Under the pieces are notes generated by a model. It ran no database searches, had not been told where the DNA came from, and worked only from the letters and a program-made list of their open reading frames with translations. 64,000 bases of DNA from Bacillota bacterium. GTDB lineage: Bacteria; Bacillota; Clostridia; Lachnospirales; Bianqueaceae. The stretch is from positions 6,399 through 70,398 of the forward strand of contig JAGBND010000075.1 in the NCBI GenBank assembly GCA_017634575.1. The letters are read 5' to 3'. How positions within the stretch are numbered: position 1 is the first letter of the stretch; each line of letters opens with the position of its first letter. The position numbers were made by a program, and so were the translations under genes. This document shows positions 33,753-43,434 of this stretch, piece by piece.

Positions 33753-35187
33753 CGATCAGGAACGGACGCGTTTTACGCCCCTGGTTTCTGAACCTCCGAC
33801 AAGACAGAGCTCTTCCAGGCAGAATCGCATCGGCCGGACGAGAAGGAGAGATCCTGCCGCATCGGATGCCGGCAGAAGAGCGGGAACCGTGAACAGAACC
33901 AGATCTCAGACGAGAAGCATGAATGCCCCGGCCGGCCGTCAAAACCCTCAGGCCGGCGCCTATGGATCGGCCAGAGGCAATCAGGCAGCTTCCACTGTCG
34001 GCAGACGATCGGGCAGACGGATTCAGAAAGCCAGAAAAACCCCTGCGCTCTTTGCGTTTTCCAACAGGGGTGAAAGCAATTTCAACCTGATGGCCTGCAC
34101 CATTGTGCTGATGGTGTTTGGCGCTATGATGGTTACCAGCTCCAGCTATTCTTATGCCTATACCATGATAGGCGACAGTCTCTATTTCTTTAAGCGCCAG
34201 ATGATCTGGCTGATCGTCGGGATGATTGCCATGCTGCTGGTCATGGCCCTGGCCCGAATGGACTGGATCAGAAAATGGTCCTTCGTTATCTATGTTGCCA
34301 GCGTGTTTTTCTGCGTGCTGGTGCTGTTTATCGGTAATACGGTTAACGGCTCCACCAGATGGCTGGGTATCGGCGATATCGTCACCTTCCAGCCTTCCGA
34401 ATTTGCCAAGCTGGCCGTGGTTTTGTATATCTCCAACCTGGTTGAAAATCACAGGGAAGACATAACCAAGCTGAGAACCTTTATATTTCTGCTGGGCGTT
34501 GTGGCGCTTCCTGCCGGACTGGTTGCCATTGAAAACCTGACCAGCGGCGTTATTATTGCGGTTATCGGCGTGGTGATTATGTATCTGGGCGGCGTCAGCT
34601 ACCGGCATCTGCTGGGCGCTTTGGCCGTTGGCCTTGCGTTTTTGGCCCTGTTTCTGATTGCGCCCCGAATTATACCGGCGCTGGCGGATTATTCCTATCG
34701 TCTGCTCCGGGTTCAGGCCTGGCTTGATCCCTTCCAGTACGCGCTGGATGACGGATATCAGACCGTGCAGTCTTTGTATGCGGTGGGTTCCGGAGGACTG
34801 TTTGGAAGAGGCCTTGGACAAAGCATTCAGAAACTGGGATTTATCCCGGAGGCATACAACGACATTATTTTTGCCATTATCTGCGAGGAGCTGGGGCTTT
34901 TCGGCGCTGCCGTGGTGGTAATTCTTTTCTCTGTATTCACCTGGAACGGCGTTAAGGTAAGTCTGAATGCGCCGGATCGGTACACGTCTTATGTATCGGC
35001 CGGCATTGTGGGACAGATATCCCTTCAGGCCATTCTGAATATAGCCGTTAATACGAACCTGATCCCCACAACAGGCGTTTCTTTGCCCTTTATCAGTTAT
35101 GGCGGATCTTCCATGCTGTTCCTGATGGCCAGCGTCGGCCTGGTTCTGAACATTTCATCGTATTCCAAACAGGATGTGAAGGCATGA
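33745..35187 (+). CDS. ftsW: SEDS-family peptidoglycan glycosyltransferase (FtsW/SpoVE) with a ~105-aa Arg-rich N-terminal tail
   Basis: Ten-TM SEDS core with QPSEFAK and LPFISYGGSS motifs. The ATG overlaps the murD stop by 8 nt, which supports the long N-terminus. Confidence 0.9.
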   Translation: MPNDQERTRFTPLVSEPPTRQSSSRQNRIGRTRRRDPAASDAGRRAGTVNRTRSQTRSMNAPAGRQNPQAGAYGSARGNQAASTVGRRSGRRIQKARKTPALFAFSNRGESNFNLMACTIVLMVFGAMMVTSSSYSYAYTMIGDSLYFFKRQMIWLIVGMIAMLLVMALARMDWIRKWSFVIYVASVFFCVLVLFIGNTVNGSTRWLGIGDIVTFQPSEFAKLAVVLYISNLVENHREDITKLRTFIFLLGVVALPAGLVAIENLTSGVIIAVIGVVIMYLGGVSYRHLLGALAVGLAFLALFLIAPRIIPALADYSYRLLRVQAWLDPFQYALDDGYQTVQSLYAVGSGGLFGRGLGQSIQKLGFIPEAYNDIIFAIICEELGLFGAAVVVILFSVFTWNGVKVSLNAPDRYTSYVSAGIVGQISLQAILNIAVNTNLIPTTGVSLPFISYGGSSMLFLMASVGLVLNISSYSKQDVKA

Positions 35188-35194
35188 GGCTTCT

Positions 35195-35974
35195 ATGGCT
35201 AAAATACTGAAAATACAAGGATTGGGCGATGAAAGCAACCGATCCTTTCCCCTTGGCATATTGATTGGCGCCGGTATTGTGGTGCTGCTCATTATACTGC
35301 TCAATTCGCCTTTGTTTTCACTGCGCACCTTTGAGGTAGAAGGAAACGAGCGCGTGTCGGATGAGAAAATCATGAAAGATCTGGAGCTTTCCTACGGCAC
35401 GAACCTGTTTCGCTATTTTTTGAAGCATCTGGGAAAAAGCGACGAGATTACCGTGGATTCCAGACTTTCCACGGTGGATGTCTATTTCCGGTGGCCCAGC
35501 AAGGTTGTGGTGGAAGTGGAAGAGAGCGAAACGATTGGTTATGTGTATTTCCAGGGAAGCTATCTGTGCATTGATCAGAAGGGCCAGGTTGCAGACTCCA
35601 CCAGAGACCCTGACGATGACCTGCCGGTTATTGTGGGACTGAATGTCGGCGACTTCTCCATCGGACAGCCTCTTGGAACCAGCGATGGAGAACGATATGA
35701 GGCGGTCATGACCATCGGGGCCAATCTCAGGAAATATGAACTGACCAGAACCGTAAAAGAAATCAATGTGCGGAATCTGGATGACATTCTGATTACCACG
35801 GACAGGCTGATGGCTCACTGCGGATCCATGAGCGATATGGGAAGAAAGGTCAATATTATCGCGGAGCTGAGTAAAAATCCGGATGTTCCGGAGGGTATTT
35901 TGCACATGGAAAATCTGAATGAGCAGATTTATATAGAAACCCAGGTGGAAGGCGGAGACCCTGTCGGGGAATAA
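35195..35974 (+). CDS. ftsQ: cell-division protein FtsQ/DivIB (TM plus POTRA)
   Basis: TM segment then POTRA-like FSLRTFEVEGNERVSDEKI. It sits at the canonical position upstream of ftsZ. Confidence 0.8.
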   Translation: MAKILKIQGLGDESNRSFPLGILIGAGIVVLLIILLNSPLFSLRTFEVEGNERVSDEKIMKDLELSYGTNLFRYFLKHLGKSDEITVDSRLSTVDVYFRWPSKVVVEVEESETIGYVYFQGSYLCIDQKGQVADSTRDPDDDLPVIVGLNVGDFSIGQPLGTSDGERYEAVMTIGANLRKYELTRTVKEINVRNLDDILITTDRLMAHCGSMSDMGRKVNIIAELSKNPDVPEGILHMENLNEQIYIETQVEGGDPVGE

Positions 35975-36111
35975 AAAGACAATTAATAAGCTGTTTTTAA
36001 AGAAAATGCTTGATTTTTTCACCGCAGACGTTTAGAATGTTAGTGATTAGTCTCCCATAGTATAGAGTAGTGCCTTATGCGGGAGTTTCTTACGAGGAGG
36101 GCAATGCAATT

Positions 36112-37320
36112 ATGTTTGATGAGAATATTACCGAGCAGACAACAGCCAAAATAACCGTAGTTGGAGTCGGCGGCGGCGGAAATAACGCCGTAGAGCGTAT
36201 GATAGCCGATGGGCTGGAAGGTGCTGATTTCCTCACAATAAATACGGATAAACAGGTTCTTGCCGTTGGCAAGGCAAAAAATAAAATGGTAATTGGCGAA
36301 AAACTGACCAGAGGTCTGGGTGCCGGCGCGAATCCCGAAATCGGCGAGAAGGCTGCGCAGGAATCCGAAGAGGATATCCGTCAGGCTCTGGAAGGCTGCG
36401 ACATGGTATTTGTTACGGCCGGCATGGGCGGCGGCACCGGAACAGGCGCAGCGCCTGTTGTGGCAGGCATCGCCAAACAGCTGGGCATCCTGACTGTCGG
36501 CGTGGTTACCAAACCGTTCCGTTTTGAGGGCGCCAAGAGAATGCGCACCGCGCAGCGCGGCATTGAAGCGCTTTCCAAAAATGTGGATACCCTGATCACC
36601 ATTTCCAACGACAGACTGCTGGATGTTGCGGACAAAAAGACCACCATGGTGGATGCGTTCCATATGGCTGACGATGTGCTCAGACAGGGCGTTCAGGGAA
36701 TTTCCGACCTGATCTATCGTCCCGGCATTATCAACGTTGACTTTGCCGACGTCCGCACGATTATGCAGGACAAGGGCATGGCCCATATGGGCATTGGCCG
36801 CGCCAAGGGCGAGGGCAAAGCGCAGAAAGCTGCCGAGCAGGCGATTAAATCACCTTTGATGGATACCGAGATCAACGGCGCCAAGGGCCTTCTGGTCAAT
36901 ATCTGCGGCGGCCCCGAGATGTCTTTGTTCGAATACTATGAAGTTTCCGACTACATTCAGGAAAAGGTGGATGAAGAAGCCGAGATTATCGTTGGTACCA
37001 CCATCGATACCAGCATGGAAGACGAGATTATGGTTACCGTGATCGCTACCGACTTCGGTGACAGACCTCGTTCATCCCAGGTTCCTTTCGGACACGATGA
37101 GGATCATGCCGTGGATCTGGATCCCGCTTTCCAGAACCAGTATCAGGCTCCTGCTGATCAAAGAGCAGCTGACGGCAATTTCCAGGGCAACAACTTCCGC
37201 ACGCCTGCGCCTGAAACCCCTGCGTATCAGGAACAGAGCTATGCCCCGGCAGGCGACTTCGAGCAGGAAGACACGCAGATTGATATTCCCGGATTCCTGC
37301 AGAGAAAGAAAAGAAGATAA
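36112..37320 (+). CDS. ftsZ: cell-division GTPase FtsZ
   Basis: [25 protein letters not shown] (tubulin signature) and NVDFADV. The C-terminal peptide is [12 protein letters not shown]. The ATG at 36112 has a GAGGAGGG RBS; the ORF-track start at 36070 is an extension. Confidence 0.96.
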   Translation: MFDENITEQTTAKITVVGVGGGGNNAVERMIADGLEGADFLTINTDKQVLAVGKAKNKMVIGEKLTRGLGAGANPEIGEKAAQESEEDIRQALEGCDMVFVTAGMGGGTGTGAAPVVAGIAKQLGILTVGVVTKPFRFEGAKRMRTAQRGIEALSKNVDTLITISNDRLLDVADKKTTMVDAFHMADDVLRQGVQGISDLIYRPGIINVDFADVRTIMQDKGMAHMGIGRAKGEGKAQKAAEQAIKSPLMDTEINGAKGLLVNICGGPEMSLFEYYEVSDYIQEKVDEEAEIIVGTTIDTSMEDEIMVTVIATDFGDRPRSSQVPFGHDEDHAVDLDPAFQNQYQAPADQRAADGNFQGNNFRTPAPETPAYQEQSYAPAGDFEQEDTQIDIPGFLQRKKRR

Positions 37321-37339
37321 TCCTTCCATGTATCAAGTG

Positions 37340-37372
37340 AAGCGATCAGTGTATGGCTGATCGCTTTTCTTC
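37340..37372 (+). terminator. intrinsic terminator after ftsZ
   Basis: aagcgatcag-tgtatgg-ctgatcgctt followed by ttcttct. Confidence 0.75.
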
Positions 37373-37425
37373 TATAATCGATAACGCAACCGTTATCAGA
37401 TATCTTAACAATAAAGGACAGTTTC

Positions 37426-38763
37426 ATGAGAAAAGCAGTAAAGTTTGGCGGAAGCTCTCTGGCTGATGCCGCCCAGATCAGAAAAGTGGCTGCCATTATC
37501 CGCAGCGATGAGGCAAGAAAATATGTGATCCCTTCTGCCCCCGGCAAGCGATTCAAGACGGATACCAAAGTAACGGATATGCTGATCCGTTGCTTTGAGA
37601 TTCAGCAGCGCGATCTGGATGAAGGTCTGGCTTATTTTTCGCAGATCGAAGAACGGTTTAATTCGATTCTGAAGGATTTGGAATTGGATTATTCCCTGGA
37701 AGAAGAATACCGCGTGATCCGTTCCAATATGGAAGAGGGACTTTCCCGGGATTACCTGGTGAGCCGCGGTGAGTATCTTTCCGGAAAAATCCTTTCCAAT
37801 CTTCTGGATATGCCTTTTGTGGATCCGGCTGATTATATCCATTTCAACAGCAATGGCATCTTTGAAGAGCAGAAAACTTCGGCTGCCTTCAGAGAAATTG
37901 CAGGAATGGAGAGCTTTGTTATGCCCGGCTTTTATGGCGCCACGGATACCGGACGAATCCGCACCTTCTCCAGAGGCGGCTCCGACATCACCGGTTCTAT
38001 TGTGGCCGGCGGCATGCAGGTGGATGTATATGAAAACTGGACGGATGTCAGCGGCTTTCTGATGGTGGATCCCCGGATTGTGGAAAATCCCTATCCGATT
38101 AAAGAGATCACCTATTCAGAGCTCCGTGAGCTTTCTTACATGGGAGCCCAGGTGTTTCACGAGGAGGCCATCTTCCCCGCGAGGGCGGCAGGTATTCCCA
38201 TTAATATCCGCAACACCAACCGGCCCGAGGATGAGGGCTCCTGGGTCTGCACGGATGATAAGATTTCCAAAGATCATCTGTTCATCACCGGCCTTGCGGG
38301 AAAAACCGACTTTATGTCCCTTTCCTTTGAGAAGGATGTCGGATCGGACAGGCTGCCCTTTGGAAGGAAAGTCCTTCAGATGTTTGAAGAAGCAAAGGTG
38401 ATGGTTGAGCATGTGCCCTCCAGTATCGGCACCATGACCGTGGTGGTGGATGCTGCCGAGATCAGCGGAAAGGAAGAGAGCATTCTTCGAAGAATCCGCC
38501 GGGAAATCGATCCCTACAGCATTACGGTGGAACGGAATCTGGCGCTGGTGGCCGTGGTCGGCCTCAAGCTCAGAGGCGTGGTCGGCATTACTTCGGATAT
38601 GCTGCGGGTTCTGGCGGACGAAGGCATTAACGTCAGGATGGTTGTTCAGGGAATTAAAGAGATCAGCCTGATTATCGGCGTGTCGGAAGAAGACTATGAA
38701 AAAGCCATCCGGCTGCTCTATGACTTTGCCTTGAAGTCCAATCAAAGCATTGTTTCGGAATAA
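37426..38763 (+). CDS. aspartate kinase
   Basis: N-terminal KFGGSSLADA amino-acid-kinase motif and C-terminal ACT-like repeats (ALVAVVG...VRMVVQG..EISLIIGV). Confidence 0.85.
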   Translation: MRKAVKFGGSSLADAAQIRKVAAIIRSDEARKYVIPSAPGKRFKTDTKVTDMLIRCFEIQQRDLDEGLAYFSQIEERFNSILKDLELDYSLEEEYRVIRSNMEEGLSRDYLVSRGEYLSGKILSNLLDMPFVDPADYIHFNSNGIFEEQKTSAAFREIAGMESFVMPGFYGATDTGRIRTFSRGGSDITGSIVAGGMQVDVYENWTDVSGFLMVDPRIVENPYPIKEITYSELRELSYMGAQVFHEEAIFPARAAGIPINIRNTNRPEDEGSWVCTDDKISKDHLFITGLAGKTDFMSLSFEKDVGSDRLPFGRKVLQMFEEAKVMVEHVPSSIGTMTVVVDAAEISGKEESILRRIRREIDPYSITVERNLALVAVVGLKLRGVVGITSDMLRVLADEGINVRMVVQGIKEISLIIGVSEEDYEKAIRLLYDFALKSNQSIVSE

Positions 38764-38955
38764 CCTTCCGGGTATGGACGGGTGAAAAACGAAACTTTGT
38801 GATGATGTAGGCGTATTATCTTCAAGATGTTACAAAATTGTTACAAATTATAAAGAATTTATTTCATTTTGACCTTGCTTATCCCATGCCGGTAGTGTAT
38901 AATGTAATAGATTCAACTGGTTTTTGTCCTTATAGTATCAAGGAAGGGGAATGCG

Positions 38956-40056
38956 ATGATTTCCAATCAGATCCTGCAGTCAACGATTGATGGCGTGAAA
39001 GCGATCACTAAGATTGATATTTCCGTGATGGATACCGAAGGAAGCCTTCTGGCCTCTACGGAAGAAACCCGTTCAAGAACAGGAATTTCCCTGGTACCGG
39101 ATATGCTCTCCTCGAAAGCGGACAGCATGCAGGTTCAGGGTTATCAGCTTTTTAAAGTATACGATGGAAGCGAGGTTACCTACATCGTCGCTATCAAAGG
39201 GGAAGATGAGGATGCCTACAAGATCGGCAAAATAGTTGCATTCCAGATCCAGAATCTGCTGGTGGCCTATAAAGAGCGGTTCGATAAAGACAACTTTATC
39301 AAGAACCTTCTGCTGGACAATCTTTTGCTGGTGGATATCTATATCCGCGCCAAAAAGCTTCATATCGAGAACAATGTGCCCAGAATCGTCTATCTGATTG
39401 AATCGCATAACGATTCCGAAACCAACACCTCCGTCATGGACGTGGTGCGGGGCATCTATCCGGTAAAGAATAAAGATTTTATCACAGCAGTCGACGAAAG
39501 CAACATTATTCTGGTTAAAGATGTTTCTGATGATCAGAGCCGCAGCGCGATTGAAAAAACCGCCGGCACCATCTCCAGCATGCTTTCATCCGAGGCCATG
39601 GGCAAGGTTCGCATTGCCATGGGCTCTGTTGTGCGCGATCTGAAAGATATTTCCCGCTCCTACAAGGAAGCCAAGATGGCCCTTGAGGTTGGAAAAATCT
39701 TCTACGAGGAAAAATACATCATCAACTACAACCGGCTGGGTATCGGCAGGCTGATTTATCAGCTTCCGCTTTCCCTTTGCAAGATGTATATCGAAGAGAT
39801 ATTCAAGGATATCCGCATTGAAGACTTTGATGAAGAAACTCTCAATACGGTCAGCAAGTTCTTTGAGAACAGCCTGAATATTTCCGAAACCTCCAGGCAG
39901 CTGTATATTCACCGCAACACCCTTGTTTACAGGCTGGATAAGCTGCAGAAGAATACGGGACTGGATATTCGCACGTTTGACGATGCCATTACCTTTAAGA
40001 TCGCCCTGATGGTTGCCAAGTACATGAACTATATGGAACGGAACGGGTTTAAATAA
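38956..40056 (+). CDS. PucR/CdaR-family transcriptional regulator
   Basis: C-terminal PucR-type HTH (NISETSRQLYIHRNTLVYRLDKLQKNTGLDIRTFDDA). The ~366-aa length and N-terminal sensory region resemble CdaR. Confidence 0.8.
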   Translation: MISNQILQSTIDGVKAITKIDISVMDTEGSLLASTEETRSRTGISLVPDMLSSKADSMQVQGYQLFKVYDGSEVTYIVAIKGEDEDAYKIGKIVAFQIQNLLVAYKERFDKDNFIKNLLLDNLLLVDIYIRAKKLHIENNVPRIVYLIESHNDSETNTSVMDVVRGIYPVKNKDFITAVDESNIILVKDVSDDQSRSAIEKTAGTISSMLSSEAMGKVRIAMGSVVRDLKDISRSYKEAKMALEVGKIFYEEKYIINYNRLGIGRLIYQLPLSLCKMYIEEIFKDIRIEDFDEETLNTVSKFFENSLNISETSRQLYIHRNTLVYRLDKLQKNTGLDIRTFDDAITFKIALMVAKYMNYMERNGFK

Positions 40057-40102
40057 CCATAGCTTTTAATAATTACAGTTACAGGAAAACAAAGAGAAAA
40101 AG

Positions 40103-40789
40103 ATGATCGAATTACAGGATGTAACCAAGGTCTACGAGGGAAACGTGACCGGGGTTGAGCATATCAATCTGACGATTGAAGACGGGGAATTTGTTTTCAT
40201 TGTCGGGGAAAGCGGCTCTGGAAAGAGCACGCTTCTGAAGCTTCTGATGAGGGAGCTTGTCCCGGATGAAGGCGCTATATTGATCGATGGAAAAGATATT
40301 ACCAAGCTGCGCAGGTCCAAAGTGGCGGAGCTTCGCCGCAGCATGGGCATTGTCTTCCAGGACTACCGGCTGCTGACTTCCAGAACCGTGTATGAAAATG
40401 TCGCTTTTGCTCTGGAAGTGATTGAAGTTCCTCCGAAAAAAATCAAGCGTTCCGTCCCCGCCGCTTTGAATCTGGTGGGACTGGCGCATAAAGCCAAGAG
40501 CATGCCGAACAGCATTTCCGGCGGCGAGCAGCAGCGGACCGCTATTGCCAGGGCGATCGTGAATAATCCCCAGGTTGTGCTGGCCGATGAGCCTACAGGA
40601 AACCTGGACCCCAGAAATTCAGAAGAAATCATGGATGTGCTGGACGCCATCAACCGCCGCGGCACGACCGTGATTGTCGCGACTCACGACCGCGAAATCG
40701 TGGATGAGATGCAGAAACGCGTCATCCATATCGAAGACGGCATGATCGTCAGAGACTCTGAAGAAGGAGGCTATGACGATGAAGATTAG
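40103..40789 (+). CDS. ftsE: cell-division ABC transporter ATP-binding protein FtsE
   Basis: Walker A GESGSGKST, signature ISGGEQQR, Walker B VLADEPTGNLD. It is followed by ftsX. Confidence 0.92.
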   Translation: MIELQDVTKVYEGNVTGVEHINLTIEDGEFVFIVGESGSGKSTLLKLLMRELVPDEGAILIDGKDITKLRRSKVAELRRSMGIVFQDYRLLTSRTVYENVAFALEVIEVPPKKIKRSVPAALNLVGLAHKAKSMPNSISGGEQQRTAIARAIVNNPQVVLADEPTGNLDPRNSEEIMDVLDAINRRGTTVIVATHDREIVDEMQKRVIHIEDGMIVRDSEEGGYDDED

Positions 40790-41696
40790 AACCGTTGGCC
40801 TGTGTATGGGGGATGGCTTTAAGAGCGTTTTCAGAAACGGCCTGATGTCGCTGGCTTCCATCGGCACCATCACCGCTTGTCTGATTATTTTGGGAATTGT
40901 CTATTGTCTCGTCATTAATGTCCGCGGCTTTGCAGACAGCATGAACGGAACTCTGGGCATGGTTGCCTGGCTGAAGCCCGGCATTTCCGAAGCAGAAATC
41001 CAGGAAATGGAAAACCAGCTTGCCGCCAGGGACGATATTGGAGACTACCGTTACGTTTCAGCGGATGAGGCCTGGGAAATCTTTAAAAACGATATGCTGG
41101 GCGGATACGAAATCAGCGATATGCTGATGGATGATTTGAACAACGATAACCCCTTGAAGAATTCCGCCAATATCGAAATATATCCGAAGGAAGCGGGCGA
41201 CCAGGCGGGCATCGTTGCCTTCCTGAACAATTCGCCTTATGTGAGGAAGGTCAGCTATTCACAGAATGCTTCCAGAGCGCTTTCTTCCTTTGCTGCTCTG
41301 GTAACCTATGTGGGCGTTGCGCTGATCGGTTTTCTGATCTTCATTGCACTTTTGCTGATTACCAACACCATCAAGCTTTCCGTTTATATTCGTAAAAAAG
41401 AAATCAACATTATGAAATATATCGGCGCGACGGATGCCTTTGTCCGTCTGCCGTTCCTGATCGAGGGTATCCTGATCGGCATTCTTGGCGCTATTATCCC
41501 CACTGCGCTGATCTATCTGGGGTACGATGGACTGATCAAGGTGGTGGAAAGCCGGTTTGCCGCCATTTCTTCCCTGTTTGAGTTTATGAGCGTCTGGGAT
41601 ATTATGCAGGGACTGATTCCGCTGTTCCTGATTCTTTCTGTAGGCGTAGGCGCAACAGGCAGCTTGATTTCTCTGAGAAAGCATTTGAAGGTTTAA
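40773..41696 (+). CDS. ftsX: cell-division ABC transporter permease FtsX
   Basis: Four-TM FtsX topology with a large first extracellular loop. It overlaps the ftsE end. The second ATG at 40779 has better spacing to GGAGG (40766-40770). Confidence 0.88.
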   Translation: MTMKIRTVGLCMGDGFKSVFRNGLMSLASIGTITACLIILGIVYCLVINVRGFADSMNGTLGMVAWLKPGISEAEIQEMENQLAARDDIGDYRYVSADEAWEIFKNDMLGGYEISDMLMDDLNNDNPLKNSANIEIYPKEAGDQAGIVAFLNNSPYVRKVSYSQNASRALSSFAALVTYVGVALIGFLIFIALLLITNTIKLSVYIRKKEINIMKYIGATDAFVRLPFLIEGILIGILGAIIPTALIYLGYDGLIKVVESRFAAISSLFEFMSVWDIMQGLIPLFLILSVGVGATGSLISLRKHLKV

Positions 41697-41747
41697 GAAA
41701 TCTTTTAATATCAGGTAACAGAGAGATATTTGAAAGAAGGTGACCAT

Positions 41748-43319
41748 ATGACATTCAAAACAAAACGGGTTCTGACGATGGTTCTCGCCGTTATATTGGC
41801 GCTGGCCCTTCTGGCTGGAGCGGTGCTGCCTGCGCTGGCAGACGAACTGGGAGATCTTGAGTCGGAAAAAGAAGAGCTTGAAGAAGAAGCCTCCGAACAG
41901 GAGGCTCTTGCCAACGCCACGGACGAAGAGATTGCGCAGGCGCAGGAAAAGCTGGATGCGGCGATGAAGGAAATCGATGCCATTAACGGCAGGATGGACA
42001 CCGTCGGAGAACGGCTCATCAGCTTGAATCAGCAGATTGCGGACAATACGGCTTTGCTTGAAACAACGGAGGCCGAATTGAAGAGCGCCCAGGAGGACAT
42101 GCACGTCTATTACCAGGCTTTAAAGGGCCGTATTCAGATGATGTATGAAAATGACAGGGTAACCTACCTGGAGATCCTTTTGGATGCGGGCAGCATTGCA
42201 GACTTTTTCAGCCGCTACGAGTATATCAGCGAGATGGTGGAATATGATAACAATATCATGGAACACCTGAACGATTGCAAAGTTACCATCGAAACCGCCA
42301 AAGCGACCATCGAAGATACGCAGGCCAAGCTGGAGCAGGATCAGGCCGAGCAGCTTCAGAAACAGGCTGAGCTGCAAGCGCTTCTGGACGACAAACAGGC
42401 TCAGTATGATTCCCTGAAAGAAGATGAGCTTGCCCTGGAGCTGCTGCGTCAGAGACAGGAAGAAGAAAGAGCTGCCATCGAAGCGAGAATCGCCGAGATC
42501 CAGGGAGAGATCGACAATATTTATTACCAGCAGGCTTTAGCTGCCCAGCAGGCAGCAGCCGCTGCAAGACGCGCCTCCCAGCCTCAGCAGGTGCAGCAGA
42601 CGCCTCAGGAGACCGTGCAGGATGAAGCCCCTGCCGAAACCAGTGAAGCGCCCGCCGAAGAGACCGGAGAGGGCGAGGAAACTTCTCAGGAAACAGAAAC
42701 GCCTTCCGAGACGGTAGAAGAAACCCAAACCACCGAGTCGGAAACCTACGAAGAAACGTCTCAGGAAACCACAGAAGGCGAAAGCGAGGAGTCCTATACG
42801 GAAGAAGAGACTCAGCAAGAGGATGTCAGCTATGAAGTGCCTGATGACGGCCAGTCCGAGTGGACCTATTACGATTCCACCGGACGTTATATGGCGGACA
42901 TCGACTGCTGGAGCACCTGGCCGGGAATTGGTTCGGGCGAGCTTACCTGGCCGGTCGGCTCGTATCTGGCGACTTCCCTTTACGGCTGGCATATTCATCC
43001 GATCTATGGAGATGAACGTTTCCATAGCGGACTGGACCTGGGCGCCGGCTACGGTTCCCCCATTTATGCCTGTGACAGCGGCACGGTTATTATTGCCGAA
43101 TACTATGGCGGTTACGGAAACCTGATTGTTATTGATCATGGCAATGGCATGACTACCTGGTACGGCCATCAGTCCGGCTTTGCGGTAGGCGTCGGCGATT
43201 ATGTGGAGAGAGGACAGGTAATCGGATATGTCGGTTCCACCGGCGATTCCACCGGTCCCCATCTGCACCTGGAGGTTCATGTGGGCGGAAGCTCCCAGGA
43301 TCCGGAGTGGTATCTGTAA
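41748..43319 (+). CDS. secreted coiled-coil M23 (LytM-type) peptidoglycan metalloendopeptidase, FtsEX-associated (PcsB/EnvC-like architecture)
   Basis: Signal/anchor peptide, a ~270-aa coiled coil, a ~100-aa E/T/Q-rich linker, and an M23 domain with intact HxxxD (HSGLD) and HxH (HLHLEVH). The ATG at 41748 has a GAAGGTGA RBS. Confidence 0.85.
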   Translation: MTFKTKRVLTMVLAVILALALLAGAVLPALADELGDLESEKEELEEEASEQEALANATDEEIAQAQEKLDAAMKEIDAINGRMDTVGERLISLNQQIADNTALLETTEAELKSAQEDMHVYYQALKGRIQMMYENDRVTYLEILLDAGSIADFFSRYEYISEMVEYDNNIMEHLNDCKVTIETAKATIEDTQAKLEQDQAEQLQKQAELQALLDDKQAQYDSLKEDELALELLRQRQEEERAAIEARIAEIQGEIDNIYYQQALAAQQAAAAARRASQPQQVQQTPQETVQDEAPAETSEAPAEETGEGEETSQETETPSETVEETQTTESETYEETSQETTEGESEESYTEEETQQEDVSYEVPDDGQSEWTYYDSTGRYMADIDCWSTWPGIGSGELTWPVGSYLATSLYGWHIHPIYGDERFHSGLDLGAGYGSPIYACDSGTVIIAEYYGGYGNLIVIDHGNGMTTWYGHQSGFAVGVGDYVERGQVIGYVGSTGDSTGPHLHLEVHVGGSSQDPEWYL

Positions 43320-43353
43320 TAGACGCCGGATGCCGGTTTTAAACGAAAAACGA

Positions 43354-43388
43354 AAAGGAAAAGAAGGATTGACTTCTTTTCCTTTTTT
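43354..43388 (+). terminator. intrinsic terminator after the M23 peptidase gene
   Basis: aaaggaaaagaag-gattga-cttcttttccttt followed by ttt. Confidence 0.75.
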
Positions 43389-43434
43389 CATTATGATGGA
43401 AATTGGCCGATAACTAAATGAGGAGGAAACAGGT

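Noticed and set aside
37321-37425. Lysine riboswitch (L-box) or T-box expected upstream of an aspartate kinase gene.
   Set aside because: Only about 55 nt lie between the ftsZ terminator and the ATG. That is far too short for an L-box or T-box, and I saw no conserved riboswitch core sequences.
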